DNA from: Amoebophrya sp. A120
Taxonomy: Eukaryota > Protista > Dinoflagellata
DNA length: 64,000 bases
NCBI GenBank assembly: GCA_905178155.1
Contig: CAJINV010000001.1
Coordinates: 7,013,794-7,077,793, forward strand
Reading direction: 5' to 3'
Each line of letters begins with the position of its first letter. Within the stretch, counting starts at the first letter, position 1. Of the stretch, positions 34,185 to 46,600 are shown one piece after another. The notes below the pieces were generated by a model. It had not been told where the DNA came from. It did no database searches and saw nothing but the letters and a program-made list of their open reading frames with translations. A program made the position numbers and the translations under genes.

Positions 34185-34649
34185 CTGACCGCATGTCATT
34201 GATTCGTTGAACGACAAAACGCCTCTTGGATCTCTTTACCAATGTACCCACGATGTAGTATGATCAGATACTATCTATCCCCATGCTCGTAGGAATATCC
34301 GCAAGGTAGTATCAATTTTAATTGTTTCGTTTTCTCCTTTCCGAAGAGAAGCCAAGTTCGTTGTTCCTCTGCTCGCGCTTTTTGAAAATTGCCTAAAGTA
34401 AGATGAAGGGATCCGTCGCGAGAACTCACAATTCGATCATTTCCGTCACTGTTCTCTTCGCAGTGTATGTTGCAACATGTGGTGCTTGCTTTGGCGTTTA
34501 TTTCCGTTGCAAGTGCAGAAGCAGATGATACCCAGCCGTCACCTCACTGTTTCGCACGGGAAAAACAATAGAATAGACGTCGGTCAAAGCGTGATTGCAA
34601 ACTGACTACACGTGATAGCAACAGTAAGTGAAGGAAGAAACAAAATAAA

Positions 34650-35315
34650 ATGTCGATGTCCAATTCCAAAAAGGCGGGTTTCCTGAAAAACCTCCTTATC
34701 GTCCACGGTGACAGCATCAAACGCCTCACACTTGACGCCATTGAGCCGTCCGTACTCCACGACCAGCTCCGCGTTTGCGTTTCAGAAGAAAGAGATCTCT
34801 CCTTTCTCACTGCGGACTACATTCATGACCTGCCCATTCTTGGCTGTTGCGTTCTCGTTAGCCGTCTTGAAGAACCGGTTCGCGTCAACATGACGGAATT
34901 CGTGTCCGGTCTGGCCTGGTTTTTCACCGCCGGTCAGGTCAATAACGTGCGCGACTGGATTTCGCACTTCGCGGTTCGCGTCTGGACCAAAGCAGTAGAT
35001 CCACTGGACGGCCGGGAGGTGTGGCTGGATTTTCGCATCGAAAGGACGACGGACGAAGTCATCGTAGCCAAGGTGGGGAGCTTCCACAAGCATAATGACG
35101 AAGAGGTCGGTCGGTGGTGGCACTGCGGGCACGGTGACTTCCCGCAGGGAAAAACCATCGGGCAGATGGTAGACTACGCGAGGGACCAGTCACGCTTGCC
35201 GTACAGCTTCGTTGCAAAGAACTGCAAGCACTTCGTCTACGATTTTTTTCGCGACGTATTGGGGGAGCGCCGCGACTTTGAGGGATTCTGCCAGGAAATC
35301 GAGCGCGCGTTGTAA
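34650..35315 (+). CDS. Permuted papain-like (PPPDE/LRAT-type NlpC/P60) peptidase, possible deubiquitinase/desumoylase
   Basis: His precedes Cys: SHFAVRV ... YSFVAKNCKHFV matches the Y.....NC.HF signature. Confidence 0.65.
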   Translation: MSMSNSKKAGFLKNLLIVHGDSIKRLTLDAIEPSVLHDQLRVCVSEERDLSFLTADYIHDLPILGCCVLVSRLEEPVRVNMTEFVSGLAWFFTAGQVNNVRDWISHFAVRVWTKAVDPLDGREVWLDFRIERTTDEVIVAKVGSFHKHNDEEVGRWWHCGHGDFPQGKTIGQMVDYARDQSRLPYSFVAKNCKHFVYDFFRDVLGERRDFEGFCQEIERAL

Positions 35316-36063
35316 AATTTTATGTTCTTTGCTAGTATTTCGCATATAGTTATAGGCTCAGCTACGGGTACCAGAAAATCAACCGCTCGCATACATCGTG
35401 GTCTGGCATCTGCTGTTGAGCCACAAATGACCGAGCCTCATTCGAATCACATTCCCAGCACTCATCATTCATTTTTATCGATCAATGCTAATCTGGGTCT
35501 GGTTGGTACTCAGCTTGTTTTTGTCCGTGAAAGTCGCCGCTGCTGTGTACGATGAGTTTGATCTCCCCGCGGCTGGGACAAGCTGTCTTCCGGGCGAATT
35601 TTCTGCACCAGGATGATGAAAGTCAACTTTTTCCGATCAATGCAATGAATCAAGTACTATCTGTCGCATGCCTAAGATGACCGACGTGGTGCAACAAGAA
35701 ACAGCACGTGATAGCAAATAAAAGAGACTTTTGTGAGGTTCTATCAGTTTTGATTTTGTTTTTATGTTTTTTTCGCTCCCTTCTAAAGATTGATCACGGC
35801 AATTTGAGGGACAAAGATGCAAGTTAGTATAGCTGATGAAATCTTTCTAGCTTTTGGTGGTGATCATGAACGTCGCCGTCTTTTGAATCCTTTTCATGAA
35901 GAAAAATATGCCACAAGATGCAGGCCGAGTGACACCGCAATTTTTTTTTTTCAGAAATATGTCTTTTTTTTGGTCTAACAAAACTTTTTTACGTTTTTAC
36001 GTTCTTTTCTAGGAAGAAAGTCATCAAGCCGCTATAGCTTGTTCTTCAACTCGAAAAGCAAGA

Positions 36064-39000
36064 ATGCAGGACCTAACGAAAGCCCGCGGGCGCTTGCAGA
36101 AAGAGCGGGCTGCGCTGCTGGAGCTGACTCTCGAGGAGCACGGGCTGTGTACCACCCTGGAAGACTGTCCGATCGATGGCACGTTTCCGGCCAAGTGGCG
36201 CGCGTACGTGCAGGGCCCACTGAGTACGTGCTGGGAAGCAGGCGTGTTTGCCGTCGAAATGGAAATCTGCGCGGAGTTTCCGACCAAGCCGTCCAAGGTG
36301 CGGTTCACCGACCCGGTTTTCCACCCGAATGTGGGCCCCGGCGGCGAAATTTGCGACAAGCTGTTCCAGGAGATGTGGTCCCCCGTGATCCGGTTGGAAA
36401 AAGTTCTGCTCACGGTCCGCAGCTTGCTCGTGGACGAGGTGAGGCAGAGTCCGGGTCTGGAGGCCACCGACGAGGCCACGCGGGCTTCCGGTACGATGAT
36501 CAAGACGAAAATATTAACGGGCACTAGTAGCTCCTCCTCTGCGCTAGCTTCTTCGTCCGGCAGCGGTCAGCATAACAAGGTCTACAGTGCACCGCGCACG
36601 GCATACCAGCTGCAGAACCACGAGAGCTTTGTTGCTGCCGACGGCAGAACCCTACCGCGCAAGCTGTATCACTACACCAGTGGGAAGAATCGGGACCGGA
36701 TTCAGCAGTCCGGAGTTTTGATGGGCAGTTCCAAGGGCGGCTATGGTCCGGGCGTTTACGCGACAGCAATCCACCCCATGCGAACCACGGAAAAGACCGA
36801 TATCCTGGCGAACAATTACGGTATATAGGAGTAGCTATGTAGCTCTAGCTGGGTTTGACGAGTTCCGTAACTGCTTCGAAAGGAATGGTAGGTCTCCACC
36901 ACTGCAGCTCCATTTTGCGAGGCAGTGCAGCTCTTGAGCATTTTTATCTATCATCAACTGCGAAGAACAATTTGTTGGGTTGATTTGAAGAGCATTAGGA
37001 ATGGTGCCGGAAGGTTATGACTGCTCACAAACAACTCCTGTCAGGTTTCATCTGTTCCGGTGACGGACGCGCAGACTTCGTGATTGAATTGGACGTGCAG
37101 TGTTTACTGGCTGACAAGTATAATGTGCAGCACCACCAAAAGGGCACACGCGACATTTACTTGCTGACGCTGCCGCACAAGAGCCAGCACGACATCACTT
37201 TGACCCCCCAGAACCACCATCTGGTGCCTTTCCACGCCCTGGCGAGCTGCGAAGTGAACCACCCGGCCAGTGAATTGATCCGAAGCGACAACGCTCTGTA
37301 TCGGGCCTGCGTCCAGTGGAGTATCGTGAACCACGGCACCTACCTAGAGGACTTGCCACGGCAGGGTGGCGTACCACTTCCCAAACCGTCGGTGATGCGG
37401 AAATACTTTGAGAAGCCGTTGCCGAGTACGAATAAAAGCGGAGTGGAAGTAGAAAATACTCCAACTCCAGCGCGCGCGCAACCATCGCGCGAGCAACTGA
37501 AGGCCGTCGGAGAAGCGATGTTTTCCGCGCGGAGCCTGGTGCCGTCCTTTTTTGACCTGTATTCCTTTCCGCAGTTCCGAAAGAAGCTGGGCGAGAGAGA
37601 GGGTCAGGTCGCGGAGGCGATACTGCGGAAACACTTGGGCAAAGCGCGTCGACTAGATACGCTGGAGTTTTCCGTCGAAAATTTTGTGACGAAAAAACGC
37701 AGCAAGCTGCGTTTCAGGAATCTGGACGAACTGGAGAACCACGGCGCAAAATATTTCGTGGAAGACGAAGCGAATTATGCCAGTTCCGGCGCGCAAGACG
37801 AACTGCAGTGGAGGACTTTGAAGGTCGAACTCAACGAGAAGCTGGAGAAACTCATAGTCGACAAGCTATCGGTGGGCGTAGGCATTGGACCGGAGGAGAT
37901 CGCGCGTACGGCTACCGCGGTGTCGGTCCGAGCGGGTGTGCAACCCGAGGGGGCACTGTCCTGGAATACGGCTCTGTGTTCGTGCACGGGGTATGAAAAT
38001 TTCAACACGCTGCAAGTCGAATTTAGCTTCAACGCAGGGCAAGATGCGGACGGGCGCGCGTACGCCCGGCGGGAAGAAACGTGCTATCTGCCGCGGAACC
38101 CGATGGGGCTGTGTCTGTTGCACCTTTTCCAGGTGGCGTTCAAGAAAGGCGTCATGTCCAAGCTCGGCCATCGCGAATCGAACAAGCAGTACTCGCCTTG
38201 TTTCCATGTTCGCATCAAAACGTGGAACCAACCAGGTGCCTACGGGTGGCCAGACCCGAGCTACTGGACGACCACGATCAAAAAGCTGGCGGGCGAGGGA
38301 ATCACGTTTGCGGACGTGGATTTTTCAGTGCAGCAGAAGGCGTTTGTTGAGTTCTTCAAGGCCATCCCGCCGGGGCCCGGCGAATCAGCCTGCTGGGCGC
38401 TACTGCAGGACCAGAACCACAGGACGGGTAATCACGTGACCGCGTCGGGTGCACGTCGCTCGTCCCATGGGCCGACGTATGCTTCCTCTTATGTCTTTCC
38501 CCATGTCCGTGGGTTCTCGGCCTATCAACCTCCGTTCCAGGCGCCGTCGAATCGCAGTCACCAAAATAGTTCTGATCCGCTGGCGCCATCGGCGGCCGGA
38601 GTTGTTGCCGGGACGGGGAATTGGACGTTAGGAGCGCGGGCGCTTGCGGCAACGGGGCTTGCTAATTTAGCGGTGGCACCATCCGCCGGAGCAGCTGCGC
38701 CTTCTTCGTCTTCCCTGGCGGCGACAGCCAGCAGCAGTGCAGCGGTGGCATCATTCGCCGGAGCAAAAGCGCCTTCTTCGTCTTTCCTGGCGGCGACACC
38801 AGCCAGCAGCAGTGCAGCTGTACTTGTACTTCCCACCACAGTCGCCGCGATGTGGTGGGAAGGCCACTACCGCCGCGATGATTGCTTCCCGGGCGTCGAA
38901 ATCCACCAGAACTTTGAGAAGCATGGGTATATCCCCGCAAGCGATTTGCTGCAGCGAGACAGTACGGGTCACGTGGACGTCCAGCTTCTTGGGCACGAAG

Positions 39001-39647
39001 TTCCGAATCCGCTCCCCAATGCGTGTTCAGTGTGCCTGGACGAGGAAGACCCCGATCCGACGGCACGAAGCGGGGTGTGCCTGAGCAACTACTGCTCGCA
39101 CACGTTTCACAAGTCTTGCCTCTCGGGCTGGTTCAAAAACGGCAAAAAGGAATGTCCGCAGTGCCGCGCGCAGCTGTGTACGCTGAATATCGGGAAGATG
39201 CCTGACGGAAATATGTCGTGGTCTTCCATCCTTGGTACGCTGGCCGGGACCGAACCCACCACACACATGCTGCAAGTCACTTTCGACTTCCCGGCTGGGT
39301 TCTCAGTGGAGGAGCAGAAGGCGTACCATGGGCGAAGCGAGAACGCCTTTCTGCCTATTAACAAGGAGGGCACCACCTTGCTGGAACTTTTCAAAATTGC
39401 GTTCAAACGCCGACTGATGTTTGGACTGGGCGACCGGCTCACGGGGGGGCGGTTTGGACCCACCTTCAACATTCATTTGAAAACGACCGTGAAGCAGGTC
39501 GGAGCGCACGGCCACGGCTACCCGGATCCGGGGTACTTCCAGCGCACGATCGAGGAGCTCAAGACCAACGGCATCGAAATTAAGGATATCCAGGTACAGA
39601 ACCATTCCGGTGCGTCCCCGAAGTTGAAGAAGCAAAAAACAACCTGA
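36064..39647 (+). CDS. Multidomain UBC(E2) - HYD-type ADP-ribosyltransferase - Deltex-C - RING-H2 - Deltex-C protein (~1119 aa)
   Basis: Exons 36064-36820 and 37045-39647 are joined in frame by a phase-1 GT-AG intron. UBC: FPTKPSKVRF..VFHPNV...GEIC...WSP. ART: LYHYTS, GYGPGVY, NNYG, VIELD, RDIY. DTC1: QPEG..YLP..AF..KT..GWPDPSY..GI. RING: CSVC...CSHTFHKSC..W...CPQC. DTC2: MPDG.M..AFLP..AF.RRLMF..IHLKT..GYPDPGY..EEL..GI. Confidence 0.85.
38697..38820 (+). repeat. Coding direct duplication in the Ala/Ser linker
   Basis: GCGCCTTCTTCGTCTTYCCTGGCGGCGACA..GCCAGCAGCAGTGCAGC occurs twice (APSSSxLAATxASSSAAV). Confidence 0.8.
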
Positions 39648-40635
39648 AGATGAATGAAGTGGGCATCACTGTTGATAACTGCTCGGCTGGGTGCGTTTAC
39701 CCGGCCAACGAAGGGAAGTTTGGCACCTCGAAGAAGACGACCGGGTGCAGTTCGACGTGGACAATGAAGGTTTTTGTGAGAACACAGGGCGAGAAATGAA
39801 ATATGCCCGCGGGATCGCTTTCTACAAATGCCAGGAAAATACCTGGCAAGCGGAGTGACTGTCGGGTCATTCCGGATAAAGCAGTACTGGGTGCCCGTCC
39901 ACTCATAAGTTAAATGAGACGACGAAGAAACAAAGGACACGCACAAGCATGATGATGATGTATGATGATGATGGCGATCAATTATATTCCACATTGCAAC
40001 AGACTGAGTTGAAAACTCTTTATTATACCGACGCAAGTAAGCTATTGGAGCTTTTTTTTTTGGCAGAGACATATGCAGCGGTAAAGAAGCCGCGCAAACG
40101 CAATCCCATTCGCTCGAAAGAAAATTGCAACAAGAGAGGTATTAGTCGCTCCACAAGCAGGAAACAGTACGTCCAACTAAGGCACAATCCTTGATCATGT
40201 GTTCGTTCGGTTCGGCGTAGTGAGTGAGAGAGATTTGCTCAATCGGCGCAAAGAAAAGCCCTGAGTTAGTTTTAGTGTCGTGCCAGGTGTTTGCTTCTTC
40301 GTGTGGTTGTTTTCTTTTTGATACCACAGGATTTTTCGCTGTCGATCTTCATTTGAAAATCTTTTCGTGACCTCGCAAAGCAGATAACGAAACGGCTTTG
40401 TTGTCGATGTACAGCTGGATGATTTTCTTGATCTGTTACTGTGGTTGTGGCCTTGCTTATTATACAGTGTCCGGTAAATAAAACTGAAATCTGAAAAAGA
40501 ACTAGCACAAACGAAACTCTGTGCCGCGCACGTGGTGTAGAACAAAGGGAGACGTACGGAACTCCAGAAAATGTTCCATGGAAGCGTGGCTAATATGCGT
40601 AGCTGAAAGTAGGCCAAAGCGCAGAAAGAAACAAG

Positions 40636-43600
40636 ATGGCGCAGCTGTTATCAAGGCGGGAACAGCTTCGTCTGTGGCAGGAGCAGAAGCGAACTGGGAA
40701 AGCCTCGCCGACTGCGCAGTAACATCATGTTGTTGGGCCGACTTGCTTTTTTTTCTGTGAAGATGTGTGCGATTGCATAAAAGAAGTTTCTTGATGAAGA
40801 CAGAACTGTGTTAGTGTTCGAAATCGAACTTAGGATGGTGCCCAATAAGAGCTAACACTGAACGCTTTTAGGTTACCGACGGGCGCAACCACCAGCTCGC
40901 ACCAAAATATCAAAAGCAACAGCAAGCACACCAGTGGATTCGGCACGGCTCGCGCACCTGACACGCATAAGCCTCCTGGGGCCAGCAGTAGCTCCTCCGG
41001 CCATGCGCGGTCGGGGTCGTCTGCCGGTCCCGCGACCTTCAGCTCGAGTCCGCGACGGCACGCTCAGCACAACAAGGAGAACGAGCCTGGGCGACCTTCG
41101 TTGTGCGGCGCGAGGCGACGGCCGCCCCAGCCGAATGCCGCCACCCTGGCTGCTGGTGCACAGGTTTACAAGCCGGGCTTTACGCGGGAGGCGTTGCGCG
41201 AGCATGGTTACGTCAGTTCGGTACCGAACTCGCTGCACAATTCCGCGGTGGACGTTGTCGTGGATGAAGAAATGCCCGACGCTCACGACCCGCAGCCAAG
41301 TGTTAGCCTGCCCGCGCACCCGAGCAGTTCGTCCAAGCTGCTATTTGGCAGCGCAGGCACGGGTCTTCAGAGTGGTGGAACGGTACCTGCAACCTCCTCG
41401 TCCTCCTCTGCCCCTCCCAAATATAATGATGGCAATAAGCACGTGCACCTGCACGCAGACGCACCAGCAGGACCTCAGAATCTGTGGGGCTCTGCGGCTC
41501 GCAGACTGCCGCCGAAGAACAAACCTGCCGGCACGCAGAGTCATGGGGCGCTTCCGCAGAGCGGCGGGGAGCATAGAAAGATGAACTCGAAACCGACCTA
41601 CGCGAGCGCCGGGACGACTCCGCAGTCGCACAAAGACCCGCCGGCGTTCTTCAACTCCGGGAGTAGTCTTTACGGCCAGAGCAGCAGTGGCCATCACCAC
41701 CTTCCTACCGGGCCAGCATCCACTGCCTCGCGCAGTCGAGCTGGCGCCGCCATGTCGGTTTCTTCCAGGCCAGTTTCCGGCAAAGTGGCTGTGCTCGCCC
41801 CGTCCAACTTGCTGTCGACTTCGATGTCCAGCGACCGGGGCGGGTCCAGCGTCCCGCGCGCCCGCACACCCAGCCGAAGCAATTCGGTCACTGCCCGGGG
41901 CGGGTTCCAGGCCGGGACCAAAGCAAGCGAGAGCCGACGGACCATACCGCCCGCGTCCTCGAGAACGTTAACCCGTAAGCAGTCTCTGCACGAAAGCATG
42001 AGCGTGGAAAGCGGGCAGGTGCGAAAATCTTCCTCCGCCGGAAGGATCGGGGGAGGTGCAACAAGGAACCCGCCGTCCTCCTCGCGGCAGACACGACATC
42101 CGTCGCCCAACGCGGGAGCGAACCAGATACGGTCGAAATCGCTGCAGACCGTGGAATCAGCAGCACGGGCCGCAGGGGCTGCAACGTCGAGTACAACGAG
42201 CCGGGTAGAGCCGCAGCCGATGGAGATCGTCCTGCAGCCGGCGAAGAACAGAAACCCATCCGAGGAGAGATTGCTTCCAGAAGATGAAGTGGCCCCTGCT
42301 CCTCCGGCTGCGGCACCGCCGGTCGCGGCACCAGCGGCGAACAACAATGTCGGGGATCAAGAGCAGAGTAGACCACAAGAAGCAAGTGCGCAAGACCACG
42401 ATCTCGCACCACCTGCTGCCACAAGCAGCTTAAAGCTGACGAAGAGCTCGCTGCGGCAACTATCATCGCCGCGGAAGCCACCGCCCAGCCCAGGAGAGAA
42501 GGACGAGGATCGCCTGCCCTGCTTCGGCGTGCCAAGCCCAGGAATCGGCTTGCCGCTGCACACGAGTCCTGCGCACCCCGACAGTAGCTCGCCGCCCGAG
42601 CCGAATCTCTACGGGACATACAGCGACCCGCGCCGCGCCCGGGACTCGGTGGCAAGCGTCGCAACCTTTGGCGGTGGTAGCTCGAACAAGAAAAACGTAG
42701 TCGCAGGAGTCGTGGCCGCACCAGAGGGCAATCATGCTGCACTACCGCGTGCGAGAGAGGCACGAGGCGAGAATGTCAGTCCTGGCGCCGCAGTAGCCGT
42801 CCAGCCCGACTCCGGAGACAACAATATCGAAAGCAGCGGGGAGCGGATTCTAAAAGAGGTGGACGTGCTGGAAAAAGAACACCAAGAACAGCAGGCCGAG
42901 TTCGACGCGAGTCGCGGTTTGTTGCCAGACAACGGCACCAGCACGGGGATTGTCACGGATCACCACGCCGAGCCGGGCGAGAGCTCTTTCAGTATCCGCA
43001 TGGACAGCAACATTCTCTTTGGCGAGGAGAACGCCTTAGCGAAGAAGCAACATGAGCCGAAAAGCTCCGAGTCGTCGCCGGAGATTATTGCGCCGGGACC
43101 GTCGTTGCGGAAAGATTTTTCGTCCGAACAGGAACAGCTGGGGATCGCAGGAGAAGCTGAAAATAACCAGCTGCATGATAATAATTCTCTAGAGCTGCGC
43201 GATTTCAATCCAGAACTTGTATCCGATGCGGAGTCCGAGCCCGTTGCCGTCGACGAAAGCAGTTCAGACGGCTGTGTCTTTCGTATTCCACAGGACTGCG
43301 TGTGTTCGCGGAGCGCCTTTGCGCAGACGACCGCGGAGCTGCGTTGTGCCGCGCCGCGGGGCACGCCAGTGCCGGAATTTCGACGAAAGTTGCGAAAACC
43401 AAACTGGACGGAGACATTGCTGTACACGGTCGCGGAAGAGCTGCAAAAGTATTTATTTTTTTTGATTTCTTATTTGCATAGCAGATGGCACAGATGGCAC
43501 AGAGCGGAGTGGATTTCGACGTGAATGCGTAATGTAGTAAATAAAAAACCCACACCAGCCTTCCACCAGCAAGTGCGCGAGCGAGCCTTGTGGAGTTGGG

Positions 43601-46600
43601 CGGTCCGAGTCCGCCACCAGAGCTTGGTTTACCGGATGTCTCCTCTGCACGCAGCGCCGGACGCCACAGCGCGAAAAAGGATTTTGGAACGTCTGGTGGT
43701 GGGTCGAGCAGTTCTAGTGCTCCTCCAGTACGAGGGCCACAGCACGCGAGTCCAGCCGCCGGGAAAACGCCACTGCAACGGAAGTATTCATCACACGTAT
43801 CATCTGCAGAGAGGCAAAAGCAGGCTACGGTGGAATTAAAGAACCCACCAAGCTCCGAACCACCTCAGAAGCCGACCAAAACCCACGTGAGCACGCCGTG
43901 GCAGAAACCGGACGTCGCCGGAATCAGTCCGGCAACCGAGGACTCGTCGGTCTCTCAGTTGCAGAAGAATCAGACACCCACGAGCGATCAGAGGAAGAAT
44001 TACCCCAAATGGTTCAAACGCACGCCGTCTGGACAAACGCCGCGGTCCACTACGCCGGTGTCCGCGCGTGGACGCGGCGGGCGACCGTCCGACGAGAGCG
44101 GCGTGGGCGCTTTCGGCAGTGAGAAACAAGAAAAAAATAATTCCGCGTCTTTCTCTGCTGAAAGAGAAATGAAGGAAGACGATCCAATGACCGGCGTGAT
44201 GACTGCTCAACAAAATCATGCAAGCAGGAGCGTGGACCAGAGCAAAGCAGCACTTTTCGTCGTCCAGGGTGGTGGTGCGAGTTCGTCTTCTAGCGCGTTG
44301 TTCTCAACATCAGCGACATCTTCTTCTTCAAATGCGGGACCGCAGGCGCAGCTAGAACAAGCTGCGGCGGCGGCCGGTTGCAGCTCGTCCTTTCGCCAGA
44401 GCAAAACGCCACCGAAGCGGACCGCCGCGGAGGACGAAAAAGAGATGATGCTGATGGAGAATCTGCAGCAACGGGTGGCGGACCGCAGCAGGCGAATGCA
44501 GGAAAAAAAAGCGGAAAGTTCTTCGCAGCAACAGGAGAAAGACCGCGACTCCCGAGTAGCAGCTGAGCAGCAACCCAGTGGCGCGGCTGCTCGGGCGCGG
44601 TCGCGGTCCGCCAGTTTCGAAGCGGCCCGGCGACGGTTCGAAAACGCAAAGGAGGAGGGAGAGCAAGTCGACCGCATCGGGCGGCGCGGGGAATTACGAG
44701 CGCCAAGTGGAGGGTTGGTGGACCGCACGGGCAAGATCAACGACCCCGACGTCAGTATGATCTCGCTGCAAAACAAATCACCACCGGAAAAACCACCTGC
44801 GGACGCGACTGCGCCAGCAGCCGTCGCGGAGCAAAACGCCGAGTCGCGCGTGAGCCGGGCGTTCGCAGCCAAGGAGCGCGCCCGCGCGCTGTTCGAGCGA
44901 ACCAGAAGCAATGCGAGTAAAGGAACAGCCCTGGTTTCCACCGCGTCGTCGAAGCTCAGCTCCGTCGCTGGCGGGAGTGAGCAAACAGGAACTACGTTGC
45001 AGGAGAACGCAAGAACCGTTATTTCCGGCACAGGATCCTCGTCCGCTTCGTCTTCTCAGACGAACCGCGGGCCAGCGTCAACGTCGATCTTCGGTGCAAA
45101 CCGAAGCTCGAGCGACACGACGAATAACAAAAAAGACCGAGCGACGTCAGGCTCGGGTTTGTTTGGCCAGACTGCAGATAAAAATTTGCAGCAAGGAGGC
45201 AGCAGCAGTTCCGCTTCCAGTAGCTCATCTTCCTCTGCACACGGTGCGCGTTCGAAGAGTGACCACAGTACCTGGAATTCTAAAATTCAGGACACGCGTT
45301 CGCTGGTTGCTCAGGCAAAAATGCGGCTTTCTTCGACAACAGCGGCAGATGCGAATCGAGGTCGGGAGGATCAAAATAATGCTCCTGCTTTTTTGCACAG
45401 CCACAGCAGCGCCGAAGAGTCGAGCAAAAAAGACAACGGCAGTTCGATTTCCCAGCAAGATTTCTCCAAACGAGAAGTGACCCCGGCAAGGAAGGCAAAG
45501 CACGAAGAAAAAACGGACCCGCTTGCGCTAAGTCAGGACACCAAAGCGATTCTGCGCGACATGAAACACCGGCCGAAGATTTTAGACACCGTGTTCACGC
45601 CGGAGTTCGAAGACCACTTCTCTCCGGAGCTTCCGGAAGACGAACCCCCGCCCGACGGGCAACTGCTGCTCCACGCCGCAACCACGCGGCTGGGCAGCAC
45701 GGATTTCCGCACAGACGACGCTTTCGCAAGTGCTGGCCCGTCGCCCCTGGACGCCGGCGCGGATGACAGTGGCATCGGCCCCGTGCAGAGCGCCGCCATG
45801 AAGTCACCGTCACCGTTGAAAATCGACGTACAGAACGATTTGACCGGGCTGCTTTTCCGCAAAACGCCAACCGAACTCAACGGACCGCAGGTGCTAGAGC
45901 AGATGAACAGTGGAGGATCATCCCAACCGCAGGAAGCAGAGGAGCCGCGGTGGAATCAAAAAACTACCGTCTTCGACGACTTGAACCGCGTGCATTTCGG
46001 GGAGGAGAAGGAGGAAGAGGATGGTGCGATGGATGTGTCTGGATCGGAGAAGAAAGAAATAGAGACTAGTACACAACAGAATCAGCAGCACCAAAAATCT
46101 TATCAAGATCTTCCCGGCGCCACGCTGTTTGAGCAGGAAAATAACAATTCTGTAAACATTAGTGGTGATTATCGTCAAAATCTTTCGCAGCAAGGCCGGT
46201 ACAACAAAAACAAAACTCCGCGCGCGGACCGGAGCGGACTGATGTACAAAACGCCCCACAGCGAAGAGCAGTCCCACCATATTGAGAGGAAAAGTCCCCC
46301 CTCCCCATATTGAAAAGGTATGTTTCCGAAAATCTGTGTTGCTGATTTGTGACCACAAATCAGGTTTGTCTTGCAAAAAGAAAAGCGCAGAGGCATCCGC
46401 CCAATCGTGAAGCGATTTTGCATGCTGTTGGTCCTAGAGGGTGGCCATTTGCAATGCTGAACAACTAGACCTGAGCGCTCCCAGCTAGGCTGCGGATCTG
46501 GCCGGAGTGCGTTACTGCAAGACAAATCGGATTTGTGTACGCAAATCAGCATCAGAAATTTCCATTTTGATAGGGGGAGGGGGGATTTTTGCTTTTGATA

